Assembly (NCBI GenBank): GCA_040220235.1
Contig: JAVJTO010000084.1
From: Coleofasciculus sp. B1-GNL1-01
Lineage (GTDB): Bacteria; Cyanobacteriota; Cyanobacteriia; Cyanobacteriales; Coleofasciculaceae
Strand: one strand, 5' to 3'
DNA length: 64,000 nt
Shown: piece after piece, positions 38,221 to 49,642 of the stretch
How positions within the stretch are numbered: the first letter of the stretch is position 1
Layout of the letters: each line of letters starts with the position of its first letter
The notes under the pieces: generated by a model
Seen by the model: the letters and a program-made list of their open reading frames with translations, nothing else
Databases searched by the model: none
Told to the model about the DNA's origin: nothing
Position numbers and translations under genes: made by a program

Positions 38221-39396
38221 ATGCTTGGCTTACTTAAAACGTTACAACAGCGCACTCCCCTAGGGCTATTGCAGCTTAAACATGACCGAATGCGGCTGTT
38301 AACCGCGATCGCAGGAATTACCTTTGCCGATGTGCTGATTTTTATGCAACTGGGGTTTGCTGATGCTCTCTACAGAACAAATACCCAATATCCTCGCACC
38401 CTACAAGCCGATTTGGTCTTAATTAGCACGCAAGCTCAGAACTTTGGACAATTACGAACCTTTACCCGACGGCGACTTTATCAAGCTCAAGACGTGCCAG
38501 GAGTCGCCTCTGCTGATGAATTGTACCTGGGTTCAGTCCAATGGCGAAATCCCCAAACCCGCGAAAAGACATCCATGCTCCTGATTGGACAAAACCCGGA
38601 TCGCCCTGCTTTTAATTTACCTGAAGTTAACCAGCAACTCGACGCGATTCAGCTACCGGATACGGTTTTATTTGACCAAGCTTCGCGGGGGGAATACCAG
38701 GATTTGATTACCCAAATCCAACGGGGAGAGACAGCCACGACTGAAATTGGACAGCGAACCGTAACTGTTGCTGGATTATTTCAAGTTGGTGCATCTTTTG
38801 CTGATGATGGCGCACTGATTACCAGCGATCAAAACTTTCTGCGGCTATTTCCCAAACGGGATGCTGGATCGGTAAGCTTGGGGTTAATTCGTCTGCATCC
38901 GGGGTATGAGCCAGAACAGGTGAGAGACGCTTTAGCGGCGCGGTTACCGGAAGATGTGCAGGTGCTGACGAGTCAGGGTTATGTAGATTTTGAGATCGCT
39001 TATATTCAATCGAGATCACCGATTGGGTTTGTTTTTGGCTTAGGCACAATTATGGGATTGATTGTCGGTACGGTGATTGTTTACCAAGTGCTTTCGACGG
39101 ATGTGAATAGCCACTTGGAAGAGTATGCCACGTTTAAGGCTATGGGTTATCGGAATGCTTACTTGTTAGGAGTGATTTTTGAAGAAGCACTGATTCTATC
39201 GGTGTTAGGGTTTATACCCGGTTTAGCGATCGCATTAGCAGCTTATCAAGTTACAGGGGCTGCAACCGCGCTACCTTTGGCGATGCCGTTGAGTCGGGCT
39301 ATTTTTGTGCTTTTGCTGACATTTATCATGTGTGGCGCATCAGGTGCGATCGCGACTCGCCGACTCCAAGCGGCTGATCCGGCTGATATTTTCTAA
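38221..39396 (+). CDS. devC: DevC family ABC transporter permease
   Basis: TPL..LQL, AGITFADVLIFMQLGF, HL.EYAT.KAMGY, ADPADIF. Confidence 0.92.
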   Translation: MLGLLKTLQQRTPLGLLQLKHDRMRLLTAIAGITFADVLIFMQLGFADALYRTNTQYPRTLQADLVLISTQAQNFGQLRTFTRRRLYQAQDVPGVASADELYLGSVQWRNPQTREKTSMLLIGQNPDRPAFNLPEVNQQLDAIQLPDTVLFDQASRGEYQDLITQIQRGETATTEIGQRTVTVAGLFQVGASFADDGALITSDQNFLRLFPKRDAGSVSLGLIRLHPGYEPEQVRDALAARLPEDVQVLTSQGYVDFEIAYIQSRSPIGFVFGLGTIMGLIVGTVIVYQVLSTDVNSHLEEYATFKAMGYRNAYLLGVIFEEALILSVLGFIPGLAIALAAYQVTGAATALPLAMPLSRAIFVLLLTFIMCGASGAIATRRLQAADPADIF

Positions 39397-39540
39397 AGCT
39401 GGGGAAGATGGGGGAGCAGAGGGAGCAGGGGGAGCAGGGGGAGCAGGGGGAGCAGGGAGAGATGGGGAAGGAAGAGTGAATCGTTACCAACTTTTGGCAC
39501 AAATGACGAATGACGAATGACGAATGACAAATGACAAATG
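39397..39540. repeat. Composite STRR array (9-bp and 7-bp units)
   Basis: GGGGGAGCA repeats then ATGACGA/ATGACAA repeats running into the devA start. Confidence 0.85.
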
Positions 39541-40245
39541 ACTAATCAACCCGTAATTTCTATTCATCAACTTAACCACTACTTTGGCACAGGGAAACTG
39601 CAAAAGCAGGTGTTATTCGACATCAATTTAGAGATTTTTGCTGGCGAGATTGTGATTATGACAGGTCCTTCTGGATCGGGAAAAACCACGCTACTGACTT
39701 TATTAGGCGGCTTGCGATCGGCTCAGTCAGGCAGTTTAAATGTGTTAGGACAAGAACTTTGTCAAGCTAGCCAGAATATTTTGGTACAGGCAAGACGACA
39801 CAATGGTTATATTTTCCAAGCACACAATTTACATAGCAGCTTAACCGCGCTTGAGAATGTGCAAATGGGGTTAGAAGTTCATGGCATTTTTTCCAAGCCA
39901 GAACGCCACTATCGGGCGGCGGAAATGCTCAAGCAGGTGGGTTTAGAAGAGCGAATCAATTATTATCCAGCCGATCTATCAGGTGGACAAAAACAGCGAG
40001 TCGCGATCGCCCGCGCTCTTGTCAGCCGTCCCCAAATCGTGCTGGCTGATGAACCCACCGCCGCTTTAGATAAAAAATCTGGACGGGATGTGGTTGATAT
40101 TATGCATGATTTAGCCAAGCAACAGGGGTGTACAATCTTGCTTGTAACCCACGATAATCGCATTTTGGATATTGCGGATCGGATTATTTATATGGAAGAT
40201 GGGCGCTTATCCAAGCAACCTGAATCAGTAGCGATTTCCCAGTAA
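39538..40245 (+). CDS. devA: DevA family ABC transporter ATP-binding protein
   Basis: GPSGSGKT, LSGGQKQR, LADEPT, VTHD. Confidence 0.93.
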   Translation: MTNQPVISIHQLNHYFGTGKLQKQVLFDINLEIFAGEIVIMTGPSGSGKTTLLTLLGGLRSAQSGSLNVLGQELCQASQNILVQARRHNGYIFQAHNLHSSLTALENVQMGLEVHGIFSKPERHYRAAEMLKQVGLEERINYYPADLSGGQKQRVAIARALVSRPQIVLADEPTAALDKKSGRDVVDIMHDLAKQQGCTILLVTHDNRILDIADRIIYMEDGRLSKQPESVAISQ

Positions 40246-40251
40246 TCCAGT

Positions 40252-41483
40252 TCAATCATTGATATTTTGAGGTAATAACAAATTTAATAAAATTCCCACA
40301 ATACTGCATAAACCGATTCCTTCGAGAGCAAAATATCCGGTTTGAAAACTCATCCCGCCAACTCCAAAAACTAAAATTACCGAAATAATTGCTAAATAGC
40401 GAGGTTTCATTAAATTTTCACCGTAATTAAGCAGACTTTGCATCCCTACCACTACAATAGTCCCAAACAAAATTACTAAAATCCCCCCATGACTGGTGCA
40501 GGTATAGTTTGTAAAACAGCACCTAATTTCCCACAAAAAGATAATATAATTGCAGAAATTGATGTCCATGTCATAATTGCAGGATTCTTAATTTTGGTAA
40601 TTGCTACTGCCCCGGTTACCTCAGAATAAGTGGTATTGGGGGGACCACCTAAGCAAGCTGCTACCGAAGTGGCAATACCATCACCTAATAAAGTTCGATG
40701 TAACCCCGGATCTCGAACATAGTCTTCTCCTGTAACTGACTTAATGGCTAGAATGTCTCCAATATGCTCAATAGCTGGAGCGATCGCAATGGGTAAAATA
40801 AAAATAATAGATGGTAAATGAAATTTAGGAAAGGTAAAAGGGGGGAGAGTAAACCAATTTGATTGTGCAATTACAGAAAAATCCACCATTCCTAATGGTA
40901 AAGCCACTAAATAACCAGCAACTAAACCTGTAAAAATGGGTAGTAAACGCCATATTCCCTTGGCAAAGACGGTGGTAAGAATAGTAACGGTTAAAGTCGT
41001 TAAAGAAACAGCCATCGCCATACCAACGGAATAGGAATTTCCAGCTTCGGAAGCCATTTTTACTGCCGTGGGGGCTAAAGATAAACCAATTACCATAATT
41101 ACGGGTGCAGTGACATAGGGGGGTAAAATGCGATTAATAATCTTTTCACCTCCCCAAAAAATCAACAAGCTTAGAAATACGTAAACCATTCCTGTTGCTA
41201 ATAAACCAGAAAGAGTTTCGGCTAAACCATATTGACTAATCCCTAATTGCATCGGTGCAATAAAAGCAAAAGAAGATGCTAAAAATGCCGGAACTTTACC
41301 TCCGGTTATGACCTGAAATATCAAGGTTCCTATACCTGCGCTGAAAAGGGCTACATTGGGATCTAAACCAGCAATTATTGGGACTAGAACTAAAGCCCCA
41401 AATGCAACACACAGGATTTGAATGCCAAAGATTAAATCCCGCAAACGTAGTTGATAAATGGGGGATTTTTCTGTAGGTAACAT
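40252..41483 (-). pseudogene. uraA: Uracil/xanthine (NCS2) permease with 1-bp frameshift
   Basis: SSFAFI, EHIGD, GGPPNTTYSE motifs; PVMGG-ILVILFG is restored by adding one base to the C6 run at 40483-40488. Confidence 0.82.
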
Positions 41484-41563
41484 ATTGAAATCGTTTAATT
41501 AGGGTCTGCTGAATAAGTATTATGGTCTTGATTTTGTCCCCTGCGTTTCAGCTTAAGTTGACA

Positions 41564-42739
41564 TCAATGAAAGACGTGCGCCCCTATAGTATCTGAAACC
41601 TGCTGTAGTATCGGTTGATAAAGTGTATCGCGTTGCTGGTAGGGACGCCCTAGCGAATGAATCGCTTTCTGAAGAGTCTCGACTTCCATACAGGTTCCCC
41701 CTTGAGCGCCTGCCATGGTTGTGATATGTTCTTCCATTAACGTGCCGCCAATGTCATTACAGCCCCATCTGAGAGCTTCCTTCGCACCAGCCAGACCCAA
41801 TTTCACCCAGCTTGGTTGATGATTAGGAATCCAATTACCCAGGAAAATTCGCGCCACCGCCGTTAATAATAGGGCATCTTTGAGAATCGGTTGATCTTGC
41901 CCCACACGCTGACGCAACGGTTTAGGGGCATCTTGACCAACAAATGGCAGTAGAATAAACTCTGTGATATAGCCCTGATAGCCTTGAGTACGAGTTCGTT
42001 GCTGAAGCGATCGCAGCTTGGCTAAATGCCCCATCTGCTGTTGGTTCGTTTCAATATGACCGGAAAGCATTGTGCTAGTTGTTGGCATTCCCAATCGATG
42101 CGCCGTTCCCACAATGTCTAACCAGGTTGTCGTATTTGTCTTTTCCGGACAAAGGATGCGGCGAACCTCATCATCTAATACCTCAGCCGCCGTTCCAGGC
42201 ATTGAACCAACCCCAGCCTTTTGCAGTGCGGCAATGACCTCAGCGTAACTCAATCCATCTTGTTCAGCGATAAATTGGACTTCCTGGGGAGAGAACGCAT
42301 GGAGATGTAATTGGGGAAAGGCTTGCTTAATCGTTTTCACCAATTCCAGATAATAGGGTAAAGCCGCACCATTAATAGTGGCTTCCGGGTTTAATCCCCC
42401 CTGCATACAAATTTCCGTCGCCCCCCGTTGTACCGCATCCCCTGTCTTTTCCAGAATTTGCCCCCAATCTAGCCAATAAGCCCCCTCTGTATCCCCATCG
42501 CGGCGAAAAGCACAGAAACTACAGTGCTGAGTACAAATATTGGTAAAGTTGATATTACGGTTAATCACGTAGGTGACGCGATCGCCTGCTTGGTCATGGC
42601 GCAATTGATCAGCCGTTTCCTGAATCGCCGCCACAGCAGTCGGTTCAGTTTGTTCCAGGAGAATAACGCCTTCCTCTGGAGAAATGTCTTTACCAGCTAA
42701 GGCGTGGTTCAGAATTGCGTCAACGGAGTTGGTCATCAC
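41564..42739 (-). CDS. cofH: FO synthase subunit CofH (radical SAM)
   Basis: [46 protein letters not shown]. Confidence 0.9.
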   Translation of the reverse strand: MMTNSVDAILNHALAGKDISPEEGVILLEQTEPTAVAAIQETADQLRHDQAGDRVTYVINRNINFTNICTQHCSFCAFRRDGDTEGAYWLDWGQILEKTGDAVQRGATEICMQGGLNPEATINGAALPYYLELVKTIKQAFPQLHLHAFSPQEVQFIAEQDGLSYAEVIAALQKAGVGSMPGTAAEVLDDEVRRILCPEKTNTTTWLDIVGTAHRLGMPTTSTMLSGHIETNQQQMGHLAKLRSLQQRTRTQGYQGYITEFILLPFVGQDAPKPLRQRVGQDQPILKDALLLTAVARIFLGNWIPNHQPSWVKLGLAGAKEALRWGCNDIGGTLMEEHITTMAGAQGGTCMEVETLQKAIHSLGRPYQQRDTLYQPILQQVSDTIGAHVFH

Positions 42740-42832
42740 GGGATATCTGGAAAAGATAGGGAAACACTCATCTTGATACTACTATGTCCTAGAGTATCGA
42801 GCCAGTCATAATTTATTTATCATCTCTTTCGT

Positions 42833-44314
42833 TTATCGATTTAAGACATACTGTTCAAAGGGAACTTCTTTATCTGTATTTTTACTTGGATAAATTTTCC
42901 TATAGTTTTTATCCAGATAATTTTTGATCCCTTGATGAGATGTAAACTTGTATTTCCATCGTGCCAAAACTATTTGCTCGGGTCGATAATTTTGCAAAAC
43001 TGATTGAATATCATCCAGGGTAATATGGTTTGATGAAAATCGCTTGGATGACAATACTGCTACTTGGGGAGGAACGGGTAAATCAGCGTAAAATGCAATG
43101 ATTGGACTATCCGTAAACACCCACTGTGTAGATTTTTTATTTTCTATAAGAAGTTCTACGGCTTTAACTCTTAAGTTTTTTTCTACTGGCTTTAAGTTAG
43201 CAAGTTCGTTGGTAGAATTCGCCATAAATTTTATTAATAAAATCACGGTCAAGCTAGGTATAATTAGTTTCTTTATTTGCCGCAATCTTAAATAAAAGTA
43301 CCCATTCTTCTGTTGGCATAAATTAACCACTACGAGAATTGTATAAGCAGATAACCATGCCATCGGCATAAAAATCAAGAGGTAGTGATGATACCAAATT
43401 GGTCTGTGGTTCAGCATAAACACTAGAGTACTCCCCAGCCAAGCTAAGGGAATAATTCCTTCCCATCGCCTTTGAGAAAAAATTGCCAGTATTCCTAAAA
43501 AAGCTAAAAGCGAAAATACACGGCGATTTCCAATTACCTGATTCATCACTAAATTGATATTATAATCTTTGCTGTAGCTATTCGTATTTCCTATATTGTG
43601 AGCTTGCCATAGTTGTTCATAGTTCAGAGAGTTTAACAAAATGCTTGAAATTAAAAAAGACAATCCAATAGTGACTAGCCAAAAAATAACATCAAATAAT
43701 AATTTATTGTAGGATAATTTTACTGGGTTGTTTTTTAACTTTAAATAGGATATTAAAACAACAATTGGTGGAATCAAAACTACAGATATTAGCTTGATTT
43801 GTAAAGACAATGCCCATAAAATCCCTGATATAATCAAAAACTTTTTTTCCTGTTTTTTGTGATAAATAAGCAATGTATAAATAGACAACAGGCTCATTGA
43901 TAAACACGGAATACCAACCATCACCGAAACGCTAAGTTGAATAAAATTGCTTGAAAACACTAATAGCAGGGTTCCCGCAATAGCCGGAAATATTCCAATA
44001 AAATAGCGCAATAATTGATAGAAACAGTAAACTAATACTGTAGAAAAAAATAAAACTAAAATTCTTGATGCAAAGACTGAACGTCCAAATAAACTGAACC
44101 AAATTGACAGTAAAATAGTGAAAACTGGTGGTTGATCACTCCAGATTTCTGTGTAAAGAGAAAAGCCTTGGGAATAGAGTAAGGCTTTCATCAACTGTAG
44201 TCCTTCATCGGGATCAAATGAAAAAACTTGCTGAATAGGGATTGTGTAAAGGACAAACCCTACAAATAGAATTGGTATCGATAGATTTAAAATATACTTA
44301 TTCATGTCATGCAT
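42833..44314 (-). CDS. ArnT/PMT-like GT-C membrane glycosyltransferase
   Basis: DPDEG, SDQPP motifs, ~11 TM helices, HHYL; AT-rich; start uncertain. Confidence 0.75.
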   Translation of the reverse strand: MHDMNKYILNLSIPILFVGFVLYTIPIQQVFSFDPDEGLQLMKALLYSQGFSLYTEIWSDQPPVFTILLSIWFSLFGRSVFASRILVLFFSTVLVYCFYQLLRYFIGIFPAIAGTLLLVFSSNFIQLSVSVMVGIPCLSMSLLSIYTLLIYHKKQEKKFLIISGILWALSLQIKLISVVLIPPIVVLISYLKLKNNPVKLSYNKLLFDVIFWLVTIGLSFLISSILLNSLNYEQLWQAHNIGNTNSYSKDYNINLVMNQVIGNRRVFSLLAFLGILAIFSQRRWEGIIPLAWLGSTLVFMLNHRPIWYHHYLLIFMPMAWLSAYTILVVVNLCQQKNGYFYLRLRQIKKLIIPSLTVILLIKFMANSTNELANLKPVEKNLRVKAVELLIENKKSTQWVFTDSPIIAFYADLPVPPQVAVLSSKRFSSNHITLDDIQSVLQNYRPEQIVLARWKYKFTSHQGIKNYLDKNYRKIYPSKNTDKEVPFEQYVLNR

Positions 44315-44327
44315 GTCAATTAAACAG

Positions 44328-45296
44328 TTATTTTTGGCGTTTATTTGAGTTACTATTTTGACTGGCAAATCCACCAACTTCAGCTAGGGTGTATAGGGGT
44401 CTGGCTTTGACCTCTTCATAAATTCGCCCAATATATTCGCCTAATATGCCAATACTGATAAGCTGAACTGATCCCAGAAAGAAAATAGCGATCGCGATCG
44501 TGGCAAATCCTGTTAAAGGAGAATCGGGTGAGGTTAAACGCCAGTACAGGACTAACACTGACATGAATAAAGCTAACGCCGCCGACAGCAATCCCAGATA
44601 CGTGGATAGTCGTAACGGTACTTTAGAGAACGAGACTAAACTGTTCACGGCTAACCCTAGGGATTTACGAAATGTGTATTTGACATCCCCAGCAAAACGG
44701 GGATTACGTTCAAACCGAATGGCAGTCTGCTGAAAACCTACCCACGATCGCAAGCCTCGAATGTAGCGGTTTTGTTCGGGCATGGCATTGAGCAAATCTA
44801 CAACTTGCCGATCCATTAAACAAAAATCACCCGTATCTGTGGGAATATCCACCTCGGCTAGAGACTTGAGTAAACGATAAAATACATAAGCAGTGAAGCG
44901 CTTAAACACAGTTTCCTTTCGGCGTTTAAGGCGTTGTGCATAAACCACTTGATAACCTTGCCGCCATTTTTCCACCATATCGGGGATCAACTCCGGTGGA
45001 TCTTGCAAATCCGCATCTAGGACGACAATAACCTGACCTCGGGCAAAATTCAGACCTGCCGTTACCGCCATCTGATGCCCAAAGTTACGTGCCAAACTAA
45101 GATAACAGACTCGCTTGTCTTGCTGGTGCAGTTCTCGGATAATCTGGAGAGAGCGATCGCGACTGCCATCATTAATCAAAATGAATTCTACAAGACCATC
45201 CATGCGATCAGCAACAGCGCTGATCCGACGATACATTTCCCGGAGGGTTTCTTCTTCGTTATAGATGGGAATGATCCAAGAATACTGAGGCGGCAT
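44328..45296 (-). CDS. GT2 polyprenol-phosphate glycosyltransferase (GtrB-like)
   Basis: [26 protein letters not shown], two C-terminal TM helices, GEYIGRIY. Confidence 0.9.
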   Translation of the reverse strand: MPPQYSWIIPIYNEEETLREMYRRISAVADRMDGLVEFILINDGSRDRSLQIIRELHQQDKRVCYLSLARNFGHQMAVTAGLNFARGQVIVVLDADLQDPPELIPDMVEKWRQGYQVVYAQRLKRRKETVFKRFTAYVFYRLLKSLAEVDIPTDTGDFCLMDRQVVDLLNAMPEQNRYIRGLRSWVGFQQTAIRFERNPRFAGDVKYTFRKSLGLAVNSLVSFSKVPLRLSTYLGLLSAALALFMSVLVLYWRLTSPDSPLTGFATIAIAIFFLGSVQLISIGILGEYIGRIYEEVKARPLYTLAEVGGFASQNSNSNKRQK

Positions 45297-45405
45297 CGTC
45301 TATTGTCTATGAAATAGGGGATGGGACACTAGGAACAGGCAAACCCTGACATAAGACGTAGCTTACTTCTCGAAGAGCGAGTATGACATAAGACGAATGA
45401 CGATC

Positions 45406-46227
45406 CTACTTACCCAGTTGTTGAGAGCGCTGATAAGCGGCTTGTACAGCTTCTATCAGCGCCGAACGGAAACCAGAACGCTCCAATTTAGCAATTCCAG
45501 CAATTGTAGTGCCCCCTGGACTTGTCACTTGATCTTTAAGTTGAGCGGGATGGATTTGTTTATCCTGTAACAGTTGTGCTGTTCCCAATACCGTGGAAAG
45601 TGCTAATTTAGACGCGATCGCTCTGGGTAGTCCGGCAGCTACACCCCCATCGGCTAAGGCTTCAATCATCACTGCCACATAAGCCGGTCCCGATCCTGAT
45701 AATCCAGTAACAGCATCCATTAAGGATTCCGACACCTCCACCACTTCACCCACTGCACCCAAAAGGGTTTTTGCCACCTGTAGATGCTTAGCGGTGACAG
45801 TTTTTCCGGGTGCGATCGCGGTTATTCCTGCTCCTACCGTGGCTGGGGTATTGGGCATCGCCCGAATGACTGGCTGATGCTCAAATACGGCTTCGAGTTT
45901 CCCTAAAGATACACCCGCTAAAATCGAAATCACCAGAGGCAGGGTTTCGGAAGCTGAGGGATTATGGTCATCCTGTGACAAGTCACTCGCCACCGCCTTA
46001 AACACTTGAGGTTTAATTGCCAAAAGTAAAACCTCGCCAGCTTTAGCCGTCACCCCGTTATCCGAGGTGACATTAACCCCATAGCGCTGGCTTAAATCCT
46101 CTCGTCGCTGGGCTTGGGGATCACTAACCAGCACCTGATCAGGGCGATAAACTTGCTGTACGATCAGGCGGGATAAGATCGCTTCTCCCATTACCCCGCC
46201 GCCGATTATGCCAAGTTTGATAGACAC
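45406..46227 (-). CDS. proC: Pyrroline-5-carboxylate reductase
   Basis: GGGVMG, RAMPNTP, LSGSGPAY, VTSPGGTT. Confidence 0.95.
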   Translation of the reverse strand: MSIKLGIIGGGVMGEAILSRLIVQQVYRPDQVLVSDPQAQRREDLSQRYGVNVTSDNGVTAKAGEVLLLAIKPQVFKAVASDLSQDDHNPSASETLPLVISILAGVSLGKLEAVFEHQPVIRAMPNTPATVGAGITAIAPGKTVTAKHLQVAKTLLGAVGEVVEVSESLMDAVTGLSGSGPAYVAVMIEALADGGVAAGLPRAIASKLALSTVLGTAQLLQDKQIHPAQLKDQVTSPGGTTIAGIAKLERSGFRSALIEAVQAAYQRSQQLGK

Positions 46228-46278
46228 CCACCCTTCCTTTAGTGAACGGACATTCGATGTTCGACAATCTCAATTGAA

Positions 46279-46863
46279 TTACTGAGCCATACGTTCCGGC
46301 TCAGACGTCCAACTGGGAGGAGGCGCTGAACGTGACCCACGAGTTTGTTCAGCAACTTCGTGAATGACACCCGATTGAGTACTTACCTGTACACAGCTTG
46401 GTGTAAACAAGAAAATACTTTCACCAATGCGCTCTTGATGACCGTCGATCGCATAAGTTCCGCCCGCCACAAAATCCACAGCTCGTTGAGCTTGATCAGG
46501 GTCCATCATGGTTAGATTTAAAACCACAGACTTGCGTTCTCGCAGGGCTTGAATCACCTGGGGCATTTCTTCAAACGAACGCGGCTCAATCACGGCGACT
46601 TCCGAAATCCCGTTGACCGCTCCCGGCATACCAATCACATTATTCATGTTTACCGCTCCCATTCCTGAATCCGATCCTACAACAGGACGTTCCCGAACCC
46701 GACGTCGAGGAGGACGTTCTTCCTCCGCAGGCGCTGGCATAGGTGGTTCTTGCTGATATAGATTTTGATAGGTCTCACCATCCACGTCCTCGTATTCATA
46801 CTCATATTCGGGATCATTGGGACCGACCACAAAATCTCGCAGCTTGTTAAAAATATTGTTCAT
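46279..46863 (-). CDS. sepF: Cell division protein SepF
   Basis: [31 protein letters not shown]; conserved synteny. Confidence 0.95.
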   Translation of the reverse strand: MNNIFNKLRDFVVGPNDPEYEYEYEDVDGETYQNLYQQEPPMPAPAEEERPPRRRVRERPVVGSDSGMGAVNMNNVIGMPGAVNGISEVAVIEPRSFEEMPQVIQALRERKSVVLNLTMMDPDQAQRAVDFVAGGTYAIDGHQERIGESIFLFTPSCVQVSTQSGVIHEVAEQTRGSRSAPPPSWTSEPERMAQ

Positions 46864-47200
46864 TGGAACTACTCTCCATCACAACTTTAGGGTTTGTTGG
46901 GGAAACGCTAGAATCGACCCTCGTTGAGGTATCGGTTCTTAACTCTTGCGGGTTGAGACCGAAACCCCAAGCAAACGGCTAGCTTACCCCGCGATCGCCT
47001 AACATTTCCTACCACCGGAGCTTGTCAAAAGTAAGCCCTTAGTATACACCCGCTTTTAGTCAAACGGGTAGTTCGATGCCCATAGCGGCGAACACACTCA
47101 GGGATTACTTACAAGACAATACATATCATAAGAGTTATTTTGGCACTATACAGCAGTTGCTTACTCATAATGCTAATTAATCGCTCCATTCCTCGCCGAC

Positions 47201-47872
47201 TTAATCCCCGCGTTCACCAAAAATAATCCGCCCTAGTCGTACCATCGTTGCCCCCGCTTGGATGGCAAGGGCATAATCCTCTGACATTCCCATAGAAAGC
47301 TGCTGCATCCCCAAATTCGACCAATTTTGCCGTCCAATTTCATCAGCCAGATCACGAGTCCGCTCAAAGACACCCAGAGTTTCCTGGGGGGACAATCCCA
47401 ACGGTGGAATCGTCATTAATCCCTGAATTTGCAAAGCTTTACACTGATCCAGTTCAGGTAGAGCCTCCAGCAATTCCGGTATCGTCCAACCGTATTTATG
47501 GGGATCAGGCATAATTTTGACTTGCAGACAGATTTGGGGAGTGACAGCCAACTCACAAGCTAATTGATTCAGTCGCTGGGCTAACTTGAGGCTGTCACAG
47601 GAATGAATCCACTGAAATTGAGTTAAAGCTTTTTTTGCCTTATTGCTCTGAAGATGTCCGATCAAATGCCAGGTAATGTCAGGCAAATCTTGCAGTTCAT
47701 CCTGTTTAGCCGCCGCCTCTTGAACTTGACTCTCGCCAAAATCTCGCACGCCAGCTTGATAGGCTTCGCGTATCGCCTCTACCGATACTCGTTTAGTCAC
47801 AGCAATTAACCGCACGTCGGGCGGTAGCTGTTGGCGAATCTGAGCAATACGTTCTGGAATTGAGCCTGTCAT
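47201..47872 (-). CDS. pipY: YggS/PLPBP family PLP-binding protein
   Basis: LIAVTK, FGES.VQE, WHLIGHLQSNK, LSMGMS.DY, VRLGR.IFG. Confidence 0.93.
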   Translation of the reverse strand: MTGSIPERIAQIRQQLPPDVRLIAVTKRVSVEAIREAYQAGVRDFGESQVQEAAAKQDELQDLPDITWHLIGHLQSNKAKKALTQFQWIHSCDSLKLAQRLNQLACELAVTPQICLQVKIMPDPHKYGWTIPELLEALPELDQCKALQIQGLMTIPPLGLSPQETLGVFERTRDLADEIGRQNWSNLGMQQLSMGMSEDYALAIQAGATMVRLGRIIFGERGD

Positions 47873-47938
47873 AATTTGAGATGAGCAATAAGGGAGTCAC
47901 GAGAGAGAGTGAATCATCCAAAAATCAACCGCTACTGC

Positions 47939-48202
47939 TCATTGGAACGTTTGCTTATGAATTTTCTGAAGCTGCTCAAAATCTTTGGATGCACCCATAC
48001 GACGGAGAATACGGAGACGATTTTCCACTAAATGGCGAGCATCTGAACGACTAATCGGTTCAAACGCCAAACCACTCGAGCCTGTCGTCACCAAAAAAAA
48101 TAGACGTTGGGCGTAAAGCGTGGTGAACAGTTCCTGGTTCTCTTCAACCATGCAAACGCGAAAAAGTAAACCAAAGGTGGGATGATTTAGATAGGTTTCC
48201 AT
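47939..48202 (-). CDS. pipX: PII-interacting protein X
   Basis: ETYLNHPTFGLL..LFTTLYAQRLFFLV. Confidence 0.95.
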   Translation of the reverse strand: METYLNHPTFGLLFRVCMVEENQELFTTLYAQRLFFLVTTGSSGLAFEPISRSDARHLVENRLRILRRMGASKDFEQLQKIHKQTFQ

Positions 48203-48548
48203 TAAAACCCTGCAATAGACCTGTTAGACAACAGATTGGACATAAGAGCATAAGTATGGGAAGAGATGCCGTATAGGTTAGTCATTGTTAAACACAATTA
48301 TCAATAGGTCAGCAAGAGATCAGCTAAATTAGTTTACAGCGTTATTATTGATTGCCCCAAACTTACCACAGCCCTTCAGAGTGCTACTATCCTCAAAACG
48401 TTATATCACGCTTAGCATCGCTTAAGGCATCCTCTGGTCATCGTAATTTCGCGTGAAACCTCTCCCTCAGCAAATCCTTTGCCAGCTCAGGATACTGCTG
48501 GTCATTAACTGAGGGGTTAGACCCCTCCCCTTTCCCCCCTCACAAGGG

Positions 48549-48671
48549 TAGTGGCGTGGCACACCTTATTTGGTGGATTAGAATTACGCCCGGAAACCGT
48601 AGGGGCGCAAAGACTTGCGCCCGATTCAATGGTCAAATCTAATCCACAATTTTAGCTGTGTCAGTCCAGTA
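48549..48671. mobile_element. MITE-like element with nested REP-like hairpin
   Basis: Imperfect ends TAGTGGCGTGGCACA / TGTGTCAGTCCAGTA, inner GTGGATTAGA / TCTAATCCAC, central GGGCGCAA..TTGCGCCC. Confidence 0.5.
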
Positions 48672-48839
48672 GGTTTTTTAAGATGGGGGTTTAGGTAAGA
48701 CAAGGGAGACAGGTAGACCATCACTTCGACTTCGCTCAGCGACCGTAGACAAGGAACGAGGGGGGTAGGGGGGAATTGTTCAATTAGAGCATCGTAGCAA
48801 TATTGGAATCTCCCTGCACCTGTGCGCTAAAAAGAAAAT

Positions 48840-48997
48840 TAAGTAGGTCGGACAAAAGAAAACGGCACGCTCACGCTTGTTTTGTAAACAAGCCTCAAAC
48901 CCTTACCAAGGACGTAGCTTGCTTCTCAAGGGAAGCGAGTATGACAAATGACGAATGATCATTTCCACCGTTAGCTTTTATTGTGTCCACCTACTTA
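48840..48997. mobile_element. MITE-like element (family 3)
   Basis: Ends TAAGTAGGTCGGAC / GTCCACCTACTTA; a lone matching end at 62456-62486. Confidence 0.6.
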
Positions 48998-49022
48998 TTC
49001 TCCATCTACCCACAAAGTCGCC

Positions 49023-49502
49023 ATGTCTATAGCCTCTCCCCAAAAACCGCAAACTAATGATAGCTTCGCCATAACCTTTGCTCCCCTATCCCTCGCCGAT
49101 GTCTATACCCTCGCCGATGATCCCGCCAATGGTGCCGTTGTCGTCATGAGTGGCACTGTGCGTAACCAAACCGAAGGCAAACCCGTTGTGTCACTGGAAT
49201 ATCAAGCCTACGAACCCATGGCATTGCGCGTCTTTGCCACCATTGCCCAAGACATTCGAGAGAAGTGGGCGGATGTTAAGCGCGTCGTCATTCACCATCG
49301 CATCGGACGCCTACAAATTGGTGAAATTAGCGTCTTAGTTGCCGTCGGCTGTCCCCATCGTTCAGAAGCCTTTGCTGCCTGTAAATATGCCATTGATACT
49401 TTAAAACATAACGCTCCTATCTGGAAAAAAGAACACTATCAAGATGGAGCCAGCACCTGGGTGAGTATTGGCGCCTGTGAACAAGTCAACGAGCCTTGCT
49501 GA
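49023..49502 (+). CDS. moaE: Molybdopterin synthase large subunit
   Basis: GAVV.MSGTVRN, LEYQAY, HRIGRL, PHRSEAF, PIWKKE. Confidence 0.93.
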   Translation: MSIASPQKPQTNDSFAITFAPLSLADVYTLADDPANGAVVVMSGTVRNQTEGKPVVSLEYQAYEPMALRVFATIAQDIREKWADVKRVVIHHRIGRLQIGEISVLVAVGCPHRSEAFAACKYAIDTLKHNAPIWKKEHYQDGASTWVSIGACEQVNEPC

Positions 49503-49642
49503 ACGTGAAGGTTTGCAAAACGTAACAAATGATACTCCCTGCCACGAACTTAAATTATTTCCATCGATTTCATCTGGGTTAATTGGGGAAATTGCCGCCC
49601 AATACCGGATAAAATCAAAAATCAATCCTTATAATCTTTCCT

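Noticed and set aside
39332..39520. 62-aa Gly-rich ORF
   Set aside because: Translation of STRR repeats overlapping the devC end
28509..39540. CRISPR array
   Set aside because: Repeats are contiguous 7- and 9-mers without unique spacers; no cas genes
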